Part shown: positions 20,455-29,645 of the stretch, piece after piece
How the letters are laid out: every line of letters starts with the position of its first letter
How positions within the stretch are numbered: position 1 is the first letter of the stretch
Assembly (NCBI GenBank): GCA_017860135.1
Contig: JAFNAG010000012.1
Span: 1-56,055, forward strand
DNA length: 56,055 bases
Reading direction: 5' to 3'
DNA from: Acidobacteriota bacterium
GTDB lineage: Bacteria > Acidobacteriota > UBA6911
Program-made: the position numbers and the translations under genes
The notes under the pieces: model-generated
Told to the model about the DNA's origin: nothing
Databases searched by the model: none
The model's input: only the letters and a program-made list of their open reading frames with translations

Positions 20455-21654
20455 ATGAGCCGGACAATTCTCCACGTCGACATGGACGCTTTTTTCGCAG
20501 CGGTGGAGCAGCGCGATCACCCGGAGTTCCGGGGCAAGCCCGTCATCGTAGGGTCGGATCCCAAGGGTGGCAAGGGGCGCGGCATCGTGGCCACCTGTTC
20601 CTACGAAGCGCGCAAGTTCGGCGTGCACTCCGCGCAACCGATTTCTCAGGCCTGGCGCTGCTGTCCCCACGGCATCTACGTGCAGCCGGGAATGGGGAAA
20701 TACGTGCGCGTCTCGGAACGGATCATGTCGATCCTGATGGAATTCTCCGACCAGGTGGAGCAGGTAAGCATCGACGAGGCGTTCCTCGACGTTACGGGCT
20801 GCCGGAGGCTGCTGGGGACTGGGGTGGAAATCGCGCGCAGGATCAAGGAGCGCATCCATCAGGATCAGCACCTGACGGCGTCGGTCGGCGTGGCTGCCAA
20901 CAAGTTCGTTGCGAAGGTGGCTTCCGACCTGGATAAGCCCGACGGTCTGGTTGTGGTGGCGCCCGGACGGGAAAGTGAGTTCCTGGCGCCGCTGCCCATC
21001 CGGCGACTGTGGGGAGTGGGTGCCAAGACTGAGGCGATGCTCGCGGGGATGGGCGTGAAACTCATTGGCGAAATCGCCGCGCTCGACCGCGCAGTTCTCG
21101 CCCGCCGCCTGGGCAATGCGGGAGAGCACCTGTGGCAGCTGGCGCATGGGACGGACGATCGCCCGGTCCTGCCGGAGGAGGGGTACAAATCGATCGGTCA
21201 TGAGACTACTTTTAGAAGGGACACCCCCGATCACCGGATCCTGCACGACACGCTCCTGGAACTTACGGAGAAGATGACCCGCCGACTCCGTGCCAATGGA
21301 TCGCGCGGGCGGACAATCACGGTGAAGCTGCGCGATGCGGATTTTTCCACGGTCACCAGGCGCGAGACTCTGCAGAAAGCATCCGACACCACGGAGAGGA
21401 TCTTTCCCGTGGCCTGGAATCTGCTCCAGTCACTTCTCCGCCCTGGAAAGCTCGCACGCTTGGTCGGAGTGTACGCCAGCAACCTGGTTTCCGGAGAGGA
21501 AGAGGGTCAGCTCGAGTTGTTTGCACGGGCTCACGGGAAAGAACGCAGCCTGGCGAAGGCGCTCGACAGCATCACCCTGCGCTATGGCGACGAGGCGATC
21601 ACGCGTGCCGCCCTCGTTTCCTCCAGGAACAAGAGGAAAGTCGGTCCCTCATAG
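20455..21654 (+). CDS. dinB: DNA polymerase IV (Y-family)
   Basis: The N-terminus ILHVDMDAFFAAVEQR and the motif SIDEAFLDVT are present, and the sequence is Y-family throughout. Confidence 0.93.
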   Translation: MSRTILHVDMDAFFAAVEQRDHPEFRGKPVIVGSDPKGGKGRGIVATCSYEARKFGVHSAQPISQAWRCCPHGIYVQPGMGKYVRVSERIMSILMEFSDQVEQVSIDEAFLDVTGCRRLLGTGVEIARRIKERIHQDQHLTASVGVAANKFVAKVASDLDKPDGLVVVAPGRESEFLAPLPIRRLWGVGAKTEAMLAGMGVKLIGEIAALDRAVLARRLGNAGEHLWQLAHGTDDRPVLPEEGYKSIGHETTFRRDTPDHRILHDTLLELTEKMTRRLRANGSRGRTITVKLRDADFSTVTRRETLQKASDTTERIFPVAWNLLQSLLRPGKLARLVGVYASNLVSGEEEGQLELFARAHGKERSLAKALDSITLRYGDEAITRAALVSSRNKRKVGPS

Positions 21655-21793
21655 GTGTTGCTGTTCAGCCCGGGTGTTCAGGAGCCGCAAAGACCTCGAA
21701 GAGGCTGCCTTTTATTTGAGTTCTTTGCAGTCTTCGCGGTTCAGTTTTCTGAGCCGGCGATCCATCTACCCCACGCGGAGGCCCGAAAAGTGG

Positions 21794-21823
21794 TTGACAC
21801 CGCAGGCGTGTCGAGGCGATAAC
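21794..21823 (+). promoter_or_regulatory. candidate sigma70 promoter upstream of folD
   Basis: The sequence is TTGACA (21794-21799), an 18-nt spacer, then GATAAC (21818-21823). The leader to the folD ATG is about 100 nt. Confidence 0.4.
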
Positions 21824-21930
21824 CTTTCGGATATGATGGAGTCTGGATTGAGGAGATTGCCGACGCTTCCCAGGGTAAGCTCTCAGCCGCCGGCAAGATC
21901 GACGGTCCAACCTACGGAGGAAGAGCACTT

Positions 21931-22824
21931 ATGACTGCCAGGCTGATCAAGGGCGCCGAAGTGGCGAAGGAAATCCGGGAAGAGCTCAAGGTGGCGGTGC
22001 AGCGTCTTCGCGAAGCTCATGGTGTCGCCCCGGGACTGGTAACGGTTCTTGTCGGGAGCAATCCGGCGTCGGAGAGCTATGTCAGGGCCAAACAGCAGGC
22101 GGCCCACGATCTCGGCTTCTATTCGGTCCAGGACAATCAGCCAGACAGCATCAGCGAGGATCAGTTGCTTGCGCTGATCGACCGGTACAACCGGGACGAG
22201 CGGATCCACGGCATTCTAGTGCAGTTGCCGCTGCCGAAGCATGTCAATGAGACAAAGATCCTGTACGCCATTGACCCGGACAAGGATGTGGACGCTTTCC
22301 ACCCGGTCAACGTCGGAAAGCTGGTGATTGGACAGGCGGATTACCTGCCGTGCACGCCCGCGGGCATCCAGGAGCTGATCGTGCGCTCCGGAGTGGAAAC
22401 TGCCGGCGCCGAAGTGGTGGTGATTGGCCGTTCCAACATTGTCGGCAAGCCGATCGCCAACATGCTGCTGCAAAAAGCCAAAGGCGCGAACGCCACGGTG
22501 ACCGTCTGCCACACCCGCACGAAAGATATCGCCGCACATGCGCGGCGCGCCGACATCCTGATTGTCGCGGCCGGCACGGCCGAATATGTCAAGGGCGACA
22601 TGATCAAGCCGGGCGCGGTCGTGGTCGACGTGGGTGTAAACGAAGTGGGGCGGACCGCCGAAGGGAAAAGGATTTTGAAAGGGGACGTGGCGTTCAACGA
22701 AGCGTTGGAGGTCGCCGGCGCCATAACCCCCGTTCCCGGCGGAGTGGGCCCTATGACGATCACCATGCTGATGAAGAACACCGTGCGCGCGTGCAACGTG
22801 CACCTCCGCGGCAAGGGGGTCTGA
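21931..22824 (+). CDS. folD: bifunctional 5,10-methylene-THF dehydrogenase / 5,10-methenyl-THF cyclohydrolase
   Basis: FolD motifs are present: VQLPLPKHV, GRSNIVGKP, PVPGGVGPMT. Confidence 0.95.
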   Translation: MTARLIKGAEVAKEIREELKVAVQRLREAHGVAPGLVTVLVGSNPASESYVRAKQQAAHDLGFYSVQDNQPDSISEDQLLALIDRYNRDERIHGILVQLPLPKHVNETKILYAIDPDKDVDAFHPVNVGKLVIGQADYLPCTPAGIQELIVRSGVETAGAEVVVIGRSNIVGKPIANMLLQKAKGANATVTVCHTRTKDIAAHARRADILIVAAGTAEYVKGDMIKPGAVVVDVGVNEVGRTAEGKRILKGDVAFNEALEVAGAITPVPGGVGPMTITMLMKNTVRACNVHLRGKGV

Positions 22825-22929
22825 TTCGCGCTGAATTGCCCCCGATTGCCGATAACTACCTGCGCTCTTTCCGATGCTTTCGCTTGGGGGCAATGGCTTC
22901 AGGATTTGCGGGGGGGTGGATCGAAGGTC

Positions 22930-24465
22930 ATGCCAGAAAATTATCTGCGGTCGGCATTGGAAAGCGGGGAGTTTTTCATCTCGGCCGAGCTTGTGCTCGG
23001 CCGGGACCACGACATGCCCGAAGCCGAGGCCTTCGTTGAGGAGGCAGCCCGCGATCAAGGCGGCATCCGGGTGATCAGTATCACCGACCTGCCGGGGGGG
23101 AATCCCGCCCTTCCTCCCGAAGCCTTTGCGTCCTTCATAGTCAGCCGCGGTTTGACTCCACTGGCGCACCTCACCGGCAAGGACGGAAACCGCGCCTTCC
23201 TGGAAGCCCGTCTTCATGGCTTTGCGCGTCTGGGTGTCGAATGCGTTCTGGCTCTCACGGGTGACGCGCAGAAGGACGGATTTCTGGGCAGGCCTGCGCC
23301 CGTATACGATTTCGACTCGGTCCTGCTGCTGGCCCTCATCGACGCTGCTGCTTCAGGCATCGAATACAGCCTGGGCACACGCCCAGTCCGTTCGGCGCCA
23401 TTCCCCTTCCTTGCGGGCGCGGCAGTCAATCCATTTAAAACCCGGGAGCCCGACCAGATGATGCAGCTCTACAAGCTGCAGCTCAAGATAGCGACGGGAG
23501 CGCGCTTCATCATCACCCAGCTTGGATTCAACCTGCGAAAGCTCTTCGAGCTGAAACAATATTTGGGCAGGGAAGGGCTGGGCGCTATGCCGGTGGTGGC
23601 GAATGTGTACGTGCCGACGGCGACCATCGCGCGCATGATGAAGCGAGGGGATGTCGCGGGCTGCGTGATCCCGGATCTGCTGATCGAGCGGCTGGAGAAG
23701 GAGAAAAAGCCGGAGAGGCTCGAGCGCGCCGCACTGATGGTGGCGGCGGCGAAAGGCCTGGGATTTGCCGGCGCCCATGTCGGCGGTTTCCGGCTCGCGC
23801 ATGCCGACATCCGCGCGATTCGGGACCGTGCCCTGGAAATCGGCGACGAGTGGCGCCGGAGGATGGAAGATCTGATCTTCCCGTACGCCGGTGAATTCTA
23901 CCTCCTGCCGCAAGGACCGGACGGGCTGAGTGACGCCGGCGGGGAATATCAGTGCAGGATCTCGGCCCATCTCGGCTGGCTGCAGAGCCTGACTATGGAG
24001 GTGCACGAACTCCTCGTGGAAAAGGACTCGATCGGCGCCCGCTTCTTCTCTGCGCGCCTGGGCGCCGGGCGGGCCGCTGAAGGCGACGAATCCTGGCGCC
24101 GGAGCCTCTGGTACAGACTGCTGGGCGCCGCCACACTGTATCGAAAAGCAACCCTGGGATGTGCCGGCTGCGGCGACTGCGTGCAGGATTACCTGAACTA
24201 CGCAGGGTGCACCATGCAGCGGTGCTACAAGGAATTGCGGAACGGCCCCTGCGGCGGGTCGAGAGTGGATGGGAGCTGCGAGGCCCGGCCGGACATCCCC
24301 TGCGCGTGGGAACGAGTCTATCTCAGCGCCCTGGCAACAGAAGATGGACCGGGGAAATTCTCGCGCACCCGGATCCCGCCTCGCGACTGGCGCCTGGACA
24401 GGACAAATGCCCTCGCCAACCGCATCGCGGGCGTGGACAATTACCCGCGCCGGAAGCGGGTGTAA
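22930..24465 (+). CDS. methylenetetrahydrofolate reductase (MetF-like TIM barrel) fused to a Cys-rich MetV/MTHFR_C-like domain
   Basis: The N-terminal MTHFR-like region reads FFISAELV...ISITDLPGG...LTGKD...LALTGD. The C-terminus is Cys-rich: CAGCGDCVQDYLNYAGCTMQRCYKELRNGPCGGSRVDGSCE...PCAWERVY. I prefer the ATG at 22930 (after a G-rich RBS) over 22846. Confidence 0.8.
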   Translation: MPENYLRSALESGEFFISAELVLGRDHDMPEAEAFVEEAARDQGGIRVISITDLPGGNPALPPEAFASFIVSRGLTPLAHLTGKDGNRAFLEARLHGFARLGVECVLALTGDAQKDGFLGRPAPVYDFDSVLLLALIDAAASGIEYSLGTRPVRSAPFPFLAGAAVNPFKTREPDQMMQLYKLQLKIATGARFIITQLGFNLRKLFELKQYLGREGLGAMPVVANVYVPTATIARMMKRGDVAGCVIPDLLIERLEKEKKPERLERAALMVAAAKGLGFAGAHVGGFRLAHADIRAIRDRALEIGDEWRRRMEDLIFPYAGEFYLLPQGPDGLSDAGGEYQCRISAHLGWLQSLTMEVHELLVEKDSIGARFFSARLGAGRAAEGDESWRRSLWYRLLGAATLYRKATLGCAGCGDCVQDYLNYAGCTMQRCYKELRNGPCGGSRVDGSCEARPDIPCAWERVYLSALATEDGPGKFSRTRIPPRDWRLDRTNALANRIAGVDNYPRRKRV

Positions 24466-24640
24466 GCCGCACGCCCGCCAGGCAAAATGCGGGACTTCTT
24501 GGTGAGCGCGGGCCTTGGCCCACGCGCTTTCATCCTTAGGGGTATATGTGGGACAGCCATGGATGTCTCAATAAGCCTCCGATTATGGGGAGCGGCAGAG
24601 CCGGCGCAGGGACTCTGTGGGGTGATTTTTTCCGGGAAGG

Positions 24641-25207
24641 ATGCAATCAATGACCGGACAGGCAGGATCGGCGCTATCCGAAACCGAAAAGATGGAATTG
24701 TTGGACCGCGTGGAACAAAGAGCCGGCGCTTACATGACGAAGTACGGCGGTTGCGGACAATGCTCCCTGCGGGCGCTCCAGGAGGAGTTCAACCTGCCCG
24801 GAGGCACCGCCGTTTTGAAGGCGGCGGGATTCTCCAACCTGGGAGTCGCCTGGATGGGCAACATTTGCGGAGCTTTGCTGGGCGGGATCATGGCGATGGG
24901 ATTGGCGAGCGGCCGAGAGAATTTCTCCGATCCGATCTATCCACAGCCGGAAGATGTCGTGGAGCCGTACCAGTTGCCGCGTTCCCTGATGTTGATCCGG
25001 GGCTATTATACGAGGTTTATACAGGAATTCGGCAGCTGGTCCTGCCGGGACCTGCAGGTCCGCATCTTCGGCCGCAGCTTTGAAAACGTGGTGATGGAAG
25101 AAGAGGAAGCGTTCCACCTGGCAGGCGGACACCTGGCCTGCGTAGGCCTCGTCAGCAAGTCCGCCCGTATGGCGGCCGAGACCATCCTCCAACTGCCGCG
25201 CCGCTGA
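24641..25207 (+). CDS. C_GCAxxG_C_C family (putative redox-active) protein
   Basis: Cys motifs have family-typical spacing: YGGCGQCSLRAL, GNICGALLGGIMAMG, SWSCRDL, LACVGLV. Confidence 0.7.
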   Translation: MQSMTGQAGSALSETEKMELLDRVEQRAGAYMTKYGGCGQCSLRALQEEFNLPGGTAVLKAAGFSNLGVAWMGNICGALLGGIMAMGLASGRENFSDPIYPQPEDVVEPYQLPRSLMLIRGYYTRFIQEFGSWSCRDLQVRIFGRSFENVVMEEEEAFHLAGGHLACVGLVSKSARMAAETILQLPRR

Positions 25208-25243
25208 ACACACGCCGTTCTGGCGATTTTGGATTTTGGGTTG

Positions 25244-25266
25244 AAAACCAGGGACTCCTGGTTTTT
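25244..25266. terminator. bidirectional intrinsic terminator between convergent genes
   Basis: AAAACCAGG-GACT-CCTGGTTTT forms a perfect 9-bp stem with an A-run on one side and a T-run on the other. It lies between the stops at 25207 (+) and 25377 (-). Confidence 0.7.
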
Positions 25267-25376
25267 GTGCATTTCGCGGAAGATCCGATAAATCCGAAAT
25301 CCCAATCCCGCAGTCCGTAACCCCAAATCCATCTGTCCAGCCGGGAAAGGGTGAGACGCAGAAGCACGCGGCACAC

Positions 25377-26030
25377 TTACGCGCCGGGGTTATCGAGGAG
25401 CGTCTTGGCCAGCCTGGCTGCGGAGGCAGCGTCTGGAGCGTAGCCATCCGCTCCATATTCATCGGCGAGCTTCTGGTTCAGGATGGCGCCGCCGACCATG
25501 ACCTTCACTCTGTCTCTCAACCCCTCCTTGCGCAACGATTCTATGACTCCCTTCATCCGCGGCGCCGTCGTGGTGAGCAGCGCCGACATTCCGAGGATAT
25601 CGGGGCTCATGTCTTTCACCGCTTTGACGAATTCGAGGGTTGGCACGTCGGCGCCCAGGCTATGCACCTCAAAGCCTGCACCCTCGAGCATGATGCAGAC
25701 CATGCGCTGCCCGATATCGTGCACGTCGCCTTCCACTGTCCCCATGACGACCCTGCCGGCCTTCTTGACGTCGGAACGCGTCAGCTCCGGCTTCAGCAGT
25801 GCGAGGGCTGCATTCATGGCCTCCGCCGCCAGGAGCATCTCCGGTATGAATTTTCTCCCCTGCTCGTAATCGTCTCCGACAGCTTCCATCGCCGGAATCA
25901 GCGCCTTGTTCAAAATCTCCCCGGCAGCATGCGTCTTCATGGCCTGCCTTGTGAGCTCCACCGATTTCTTGTCATCCATGTTCACAATGCTGAGCCTGAT
26001 TCCCTCGAATTCATCGTGCTCGATCGTCAC
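25377..26030 (-). CDS. corrinoid (B12-binding) protein of a methyltransferase system
   Basis: It has a B12-binding_2 helical cap and a Rossmann domain with DVHDIGQ (DxHxxG), SALLTTT and VMVGGA. The GTG start at 26030 is preceded by AGGAGGAG. Confidence 0.9.
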   Translation of the reverse strand: MTIEHDEFEGIRLSIVNMDDKKSVELTRQAMKTHAAGEILNKALIPAMEAVGDDYEQGRKFIPEMLLAAEAMNAALALLKPELTRSDVKKAGRVVMGTVEGDVHDIGQRMVCIMLEGAGFEVHSLGADVPTLEFVKAVKDMSPDILGMSALLTTTAPRMKGVIESLRKEGLRDRVKVMVGGAILNQKLADEYGADGYAPDAASAARLAKTLLDNPGA

Positions 26031-26122
26031 AATCTCCTCCTGATTGCCGTCATTGCCACCCGATGGGCGTGGGATTCCACCCGCTACGCGTCGGGAAATC
26101 CCGGCCTTTGCACGGCATGCGT

Positions 26123-26151
26123 ATCATCGGGGTTAAATTCGGAGTAGTCAA
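26123..26151 (-). promoter_or_regulatory. candidate sigma70 promoter for the corrinoid-protein gene, immediately downstream of vapC
   Basis: On the minus strand the sequence is TTGACT (26151-26146), a 17-nt spacer, then GATGAT (26128-26123). Confidence 0.35.
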
Positions 26152-26158
26152 CTGCGGA

Positions 26159-26569
26159 CTAATCCCCGATCCAATCGATTTCCACTTCCTTTTTTAGCTG
26201 CTTGAACTCCGGATCGCCTGTCACCAGCGGCAGCTTTCGGAGTTTCGCCAGGGCGGCAGCAAAGCAGTCTGCATACGCAAGCCGGTATTTTGCCTTGAAG
26301 GCGGCTGCCCGCCGGGTCAACTCCCAATCGGCATCCACTGTTTCAAAGCCGAGGCTGCTGATCTCGATCATCTTTTCGTCGGCGACGGTTTCCGATCTTG
26401 CGCGGGCCGTACTGTGCCAAATTTCACCCAGGTTGACCGTTGTAATCAGCAGTTTCGAGTCACTTTCCTGTGCCTCGGCAATGAGCTGATCCACCCTGTC
26501 CGCCGAGGGTTCGTTCTCGAGAAAAGCCATCAAGGCCCAACTGTCGAAAACGCGCGCCGGTCTCGTCAT
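26159..26569 (-). CDS. vapC: PIN-domain toxin (VapC family)
   Basis: It is 136 aa with a PIN acidic pattern: N-terminal VFDSWALMAFL, a mid Glu, and C-terminal LVTGDPEF. GC is lower than the surroundings; I counted 29/60 and 31/60 in two lines. Confidence 0.8.
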   Translation of the reverse strand: MTRPARVFDSWALMAFLENEPSADRVDQLIAEAQESDSKLLITTVNLGEIWHSTARARSETVADEKMIEISSLGFETVDADWELTRRAAAFKAKYRLAYADCFAAALAKLRKLPLVTGDPEFKQLKKEVEIDWIGD

Positions 26570-26751
26570 GGCCGCAGCTCCCGCTCGCGTTTGCGTTCTT
26601 CCATCAGGATCTTCATCGCCCCCGAGCCCTTTATGGCACGGTATTGTTTAGCCAGCCCGAAAAAAACTGCCGCGAATTCCGCGAATTTTCACGAGAGCCG
26701 CATGGCATGGCTCGCATCAAGGGAGATGATTCTTCGTGAGAATTCGTGACC
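26566..26751 (-). pseudogene. possible decayed VapB-like antitoxin (no canonical start, one in-frame TGA)
   Basis: One minus-strand frame reads GHEFSRRIISLDASHAMRLS-TGA-KFAEFAAVFFGLAKQYRAIKGSGAMKILMEERKRERELRP. It ends in TGA, overlapping the vapC ATG as ATGA. The internal stop is at 26691-26689. There is no ATG, GTG or TTG before the internal stop except ATG-CGG-CTC-TCG-TGA. The region contains a tandem AATTCGCGG x2. Confidence 0.3.
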
Positions 26752-26802
26752 TTATTTGCAGACCCTTGACTGTTCCGAGCCGGCCAGACAGTTACAATGG
26801 CA

Positions 26803-27948
26803 CTAAATCAATCGTCCGTGCTTTCTTGCGGCATACACCATTGTGTCGATGTTGACGAACGGCACGCCTTGGGGCGTCCAGCAGTTCGGGCCGAGGATGC
26901 TGCGCAGGCCGCCGCCTTCGACCGCCTGAATGACCTCCCGGCACTCGGCTTCGATCTGGTCCGGCGTGCCTTCGGCCAGGGTGGTGGCGAAAGGGGACGG
27001 AGTCTTCCTGTCGGCTGTGCAGACGGACGTGGCCCCGACGTTGCCGCTGATCGCTTTCGCGCATGACTTTCCGGACCTGACCTGTTCGGTGATCTTTTCC
27101 ACACAGAACCGGATATCCATCGGCCCCAGGAAATAGCCGTCGGCCTGGTTCTGCGCCACGAGATCCAGACGATCGTGCCAGTTCCCGCAGGGGTGGAAGA
27201 TGACCGGCACTCCCGTTTCCTTCCGGATGGCCTCAATGAACCTCCGCTCCATGGGTTGCGTCAGTTTTTCATAGGCGTCTCGCGATATGCAGTCTGCCGA
27301 AGAAACCGGATCGTTGACCCAGACCATGTCGGCGCCGGCCTCCACTTCGGCCTTTACCATCTCCAGCCAGGGGTTGAGCGCGCGCTCCATGAGCTCCTGC
27401 GCCCACTCCGGATCCCGCACGACGATCATGAACCATTTTTGAAAACCCAGAAGGCAGCCGACAGTTCGGGAGGGACAGCTCCCCCACGTCATGATCGGGA
27501 CATGCTGGGTGCCGCCTCCCCTCTTGATCAGCTCCTCCTTGAGCCTGCGGATCACATAGAGGACCTTGGGCATGTTGCCGTCTTTGCGCGGGTCGACATT
27601 CCAGTTGATTTTCGCCATGTCCTCCTTGGATTTGATGGCGGGTTCCTTCACCATCGGGACGTCGTTTTCAGGATATTTCAGCACCGTCCCGAGAGCCTCT
27701 TCCACAGGGCCCATCATGTCGTAGTCGATGATGCAGTCGTACTGGAACCTCTCCTGACCCACGATCTGCGCCTTCACGTACAGGTCCGGGACATCCCAGG
27801 ATTGCAGAAAGTTCAATCCCAGGTATTCGAGGGGCGCCCAGCGAGGATACATGTGGACGGGCACTCTGTCGGCCTTCTGCCCGCCGAGCGCAGCCTTCAT
27901 CCGCTCCATCGGCGTCATTTCCGTTGCCTGGTTGTATAGGTAGAGCAT
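26803..27948 (-). CDS. URO-D-family (MtaA/MtbA/MtsA/O-demethylase-like) corrinoid methyltransferase
   Basis: It is uroporphyrinogen-decarboxylase-fold throughout (ADRVPVHMY...IIDYDMMGP...IMTWGSCPS...IFHPCGNW...). The ATG at 27948 is preceded by GGGAGGAA with an 8-nt spacer. Confidence 0.8.
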   Translation of the reverse strand: MLYLYNQATEMTPMERMKAALGGQKADRVPVHMYPRWAPLEYLGLNFLQSWDVPDLYVKAQIVGQERFQYDCIIDYDMMGPVEEALGTVLKYPENDVPMVKEPAIKSKEDMAKINWNVDPRKDGNMPKVLYVIRRLKEELIKRGGGTQHVPIMTWGSCPSRTVGCLLGFQKWFMIVVRDPEWAQELMERALNPWLEMVKAEVEAGADMVWVNDPVSSADCISRDAYEKLTQPMERRFIEAIRKETGVPVIFHPCGNWHDRLDLVAQNQADGYFLGPMDIRFCVEKITEQVRSGKSCAKAISGNVGATSVCTADRKTPSPFATTLAEGTPDQIEAECREVIQAVEGGGLRSILGPNCWTPQGVPFVNIDTMVYAARKHGRLI

Positions 27949-28055
27949 ATGCCTGTTTCCTCCCGGTGAAACGAACGATTCCAATTGTGGTTTGCTTCCC
28001 TCGATGCGCGGCAGCATCACTGAAGCGCGCCGTGCATTGTTTGTCGATACGCTGG

Positions 28056-28781
28056 TTATTTTGCCATGAAGTGCTCCATTTGCACTTCGCCTCCCGGCCC
28101 GATAATCAGTAACTCCCCCGCGTCCTGCGGCGGCACCCCAACGCCGTCCGCACGGGCGAAATCAAGCAGCCGCCGGATGAGAGCGTCCGAGCCGATGCGT
28201 TCCTCATATTGCCAGCCCCAGCGCTGCCGGCAGAAGGCGGCGACCTGAAGGGCCGCGGGGCGGTGCCGGTTGAGGTCGTCGGCTGTGAGCGCGATGAAGC
28301 AGACTTTCCGGTAGCGCCGGTACATCGAGTCGGCGACAAAATCGGCCTTATCCGGGCCGAACTTCCCGCGGCATTTGAGGTACTCGGTCCGCGGTTCCCC
28401 GCCACATTCCAGCCACCCCGGCGTGAGATAATATGTGCCCGGTTCGGCTTGAAATGCCCGAAGATAGGCTTCGCGCGAGCCGAGGAACAGCGAGATACAA
28501 TCATCTACTCTTGGGATGATGAGCGTATGCTCCCTTGCGTTCAGTCCGGCCAAACCGTTGCCGCACAGCCCGAATCCGATCAGGATCCTGTGCGGCGTTT
28601 CCAGGACATCGATACGAGACTGGATCTCGGCCCGCATCTTTTTGGGCGTCAGGTGCAGCCCGTAATCCATGAATGCGATGGAGAGGTCCGTGTCTTCTCG
28701 CCGGTTCAGGACATCGCGGAGCACCGCACAGGCGATCATGAGTGTCGGCTGTTTTCCCTGCATAGGTACGACTCGCGGCAC
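28056..28781 (-). CDS. DUF1638 domain protein
   Basis: Family-like sequence is present (MIACAVLRD...FMDYGLHLTPKKM...ILIGFGLCGNG...IPRVDDCISLFLGS...YYLTPGWLE). The start is uncertain: GTG 28781 or ATG 28763. Confidence 0.7.
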   Translation of the reverse strand: MPRVVPMQGKQPTLMIACAVLRDVLNRREDTDLSIAFMDYGLHLTPKKMRAEIQSRIDVLETPHRILIGFGLCGNGLAGLNAREHTLIIPRVDDCISLFLGSREAYLRAFQAEPGTYYLTPGWLECGGEPRTEYLKCRGKFGPDKADFVADSMYRRYRKVCFIALTADDLNRHRPAALQVAAFCRQRWGWQYEERIGSDALIRRLLDFARADGVGVPPQDAGELLIIGPGGEVQMEHFMAK

Positions 28782-28811
28782 GGGCAGCGGCGGCGTGCCC
28801 GGGCCCGGGGG

Positions 28812-29624
28812 TTATTGTGAGTAAGGAGGCTCCAGCTTTCCATCGCGATAGGCGCGCAGATACGACTTGCAGAACAGGTCCTGTCCGCCGAGAGCCTCCG
28901 CGGCCGCGATCCGGGCCATTAATCCGGGATCGCAGGGGTCGATGATCGCCGCGTCCATCCCGTGTCCGAGGAGCATGAGCAGGAAGACCTCGTTCAGCAG
29001 CCGGCGCACGGGCAGCCCGTAGGACACATTGCTGACTCCGCAGCTTGTGTGCACCTCCGGGAATTTTTGCCGGATGCGGCCGATTGCGCCGAGTACCGCG
29101 GGACCGTGCTCGGACCCGGTGCTGACGGGGAAAACGCAAGGATCCACGTAAATGTTCCCCGGCGGAATCCCCTCGGATAGAAGCCTCTCGACCAGCCGCG
29201 ATGCGGTTGCCACGCGATCTTCCAGCCCCTTGGGCGGCGCTGCTGAAGAGAGGCAAAGAGCGATCACCTTGGCCTTGTGTTCCTTGATCAGAGGGAGCAC
29301 GGCGTTGAAGCGTTCGGGTTCATCGGGAATGGAATTGATCATCGGTGTTTGCCGGCACAGGGGAAGCGCCCGGCGCAACGCCTCGGGATCCGCGCTGTCG
29401 AGGCAGAGGGGCACTTCCACCACTTCCTGCACGGTCTGCACCAGCCATGTCAAATTTTCGATCTCTTGTCCGGCGATCCCGCCGTTGACGTCGAGCATGT
29501 GCGCGCCGGCTACCACCTGCTTGCGCGCTTCCTCCTTGATAAGCTCCGCGTCCCTCTTGGTCACTGCTTCACCGATCCGCTTCCGGGTGGCATTGATCCT
29601 TTCTCCGATGATCAGCACGGTCAA
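28812..29624 (-). CDS. pterin-binding methyl-THF:corrinoid methyltransferase (MtrH/AcsE/MetH-pterin-domain-like)
   Basis: The N-terminus LIIGERINATRK is typical of pterin-binding MeTr. The barrel is DHPS-like. It uses a TTG start at 29624 after GAAAGGCGG. Confidence 0.85.
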   Translation of the reverse strand: MTVLIIGERINATRKRIGEAVTKRDAELIKEEARKQVVAGAHMLDVNGGIAGQEIENLTWLVQTVQEVVEVPLCLDSADPEALRRALPLCRQTPMINSIPDEPERFNAVLPLIKEHKAKVIALCLSSAAPPKGLEDRVATASRLVERLLSEGIPPGNIYVDPCVFPVSTGSEHGPAVLGAIGRIRQKFPEVHTSCGVSNVSYGLPVRRLLNEVFLLMLLGHGMDAAIIDPCDPGLMARIAAAEALGGQDLFCKSYLRAYRDGKLEPPYSQ

Positions 29625-29645
29625 CCGCCTTTCTGATGAGTCACG

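Noticed and set aside
21824-21930. THF riboswitch in the ~100-nt folD leader, and a cobalamin riboswitch upstream of the corrinoid methyltransferase operon (29625-29780).
   Set aside because: I could not recognise any match to the conserved cores of either class. Only generic hairpins are present.
25208-25376. CRISPR array or tandem repeats suggested by the recurring short units (GGATTTTGG and others) in several spacers.
   Set aside because: The units are 6-12 nt, irregular and arranged as inverted arms, not as 25-40-nt direct repeats with unique spacers. There are no cas genes in the window.
26689-26691. The in-frame TGA in the antitoxin-like frame as a sense codon (alternative genetic code or selenocysteine).
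   Set aside because: TGA clearly terminates confidently called genes in this window, for example marR at the ATGA junction at 52161-52164 and the antitoxin-like frame itself. I saw no SECIS-like hairpin directly downstream. Decay or sequencing error is more economical.
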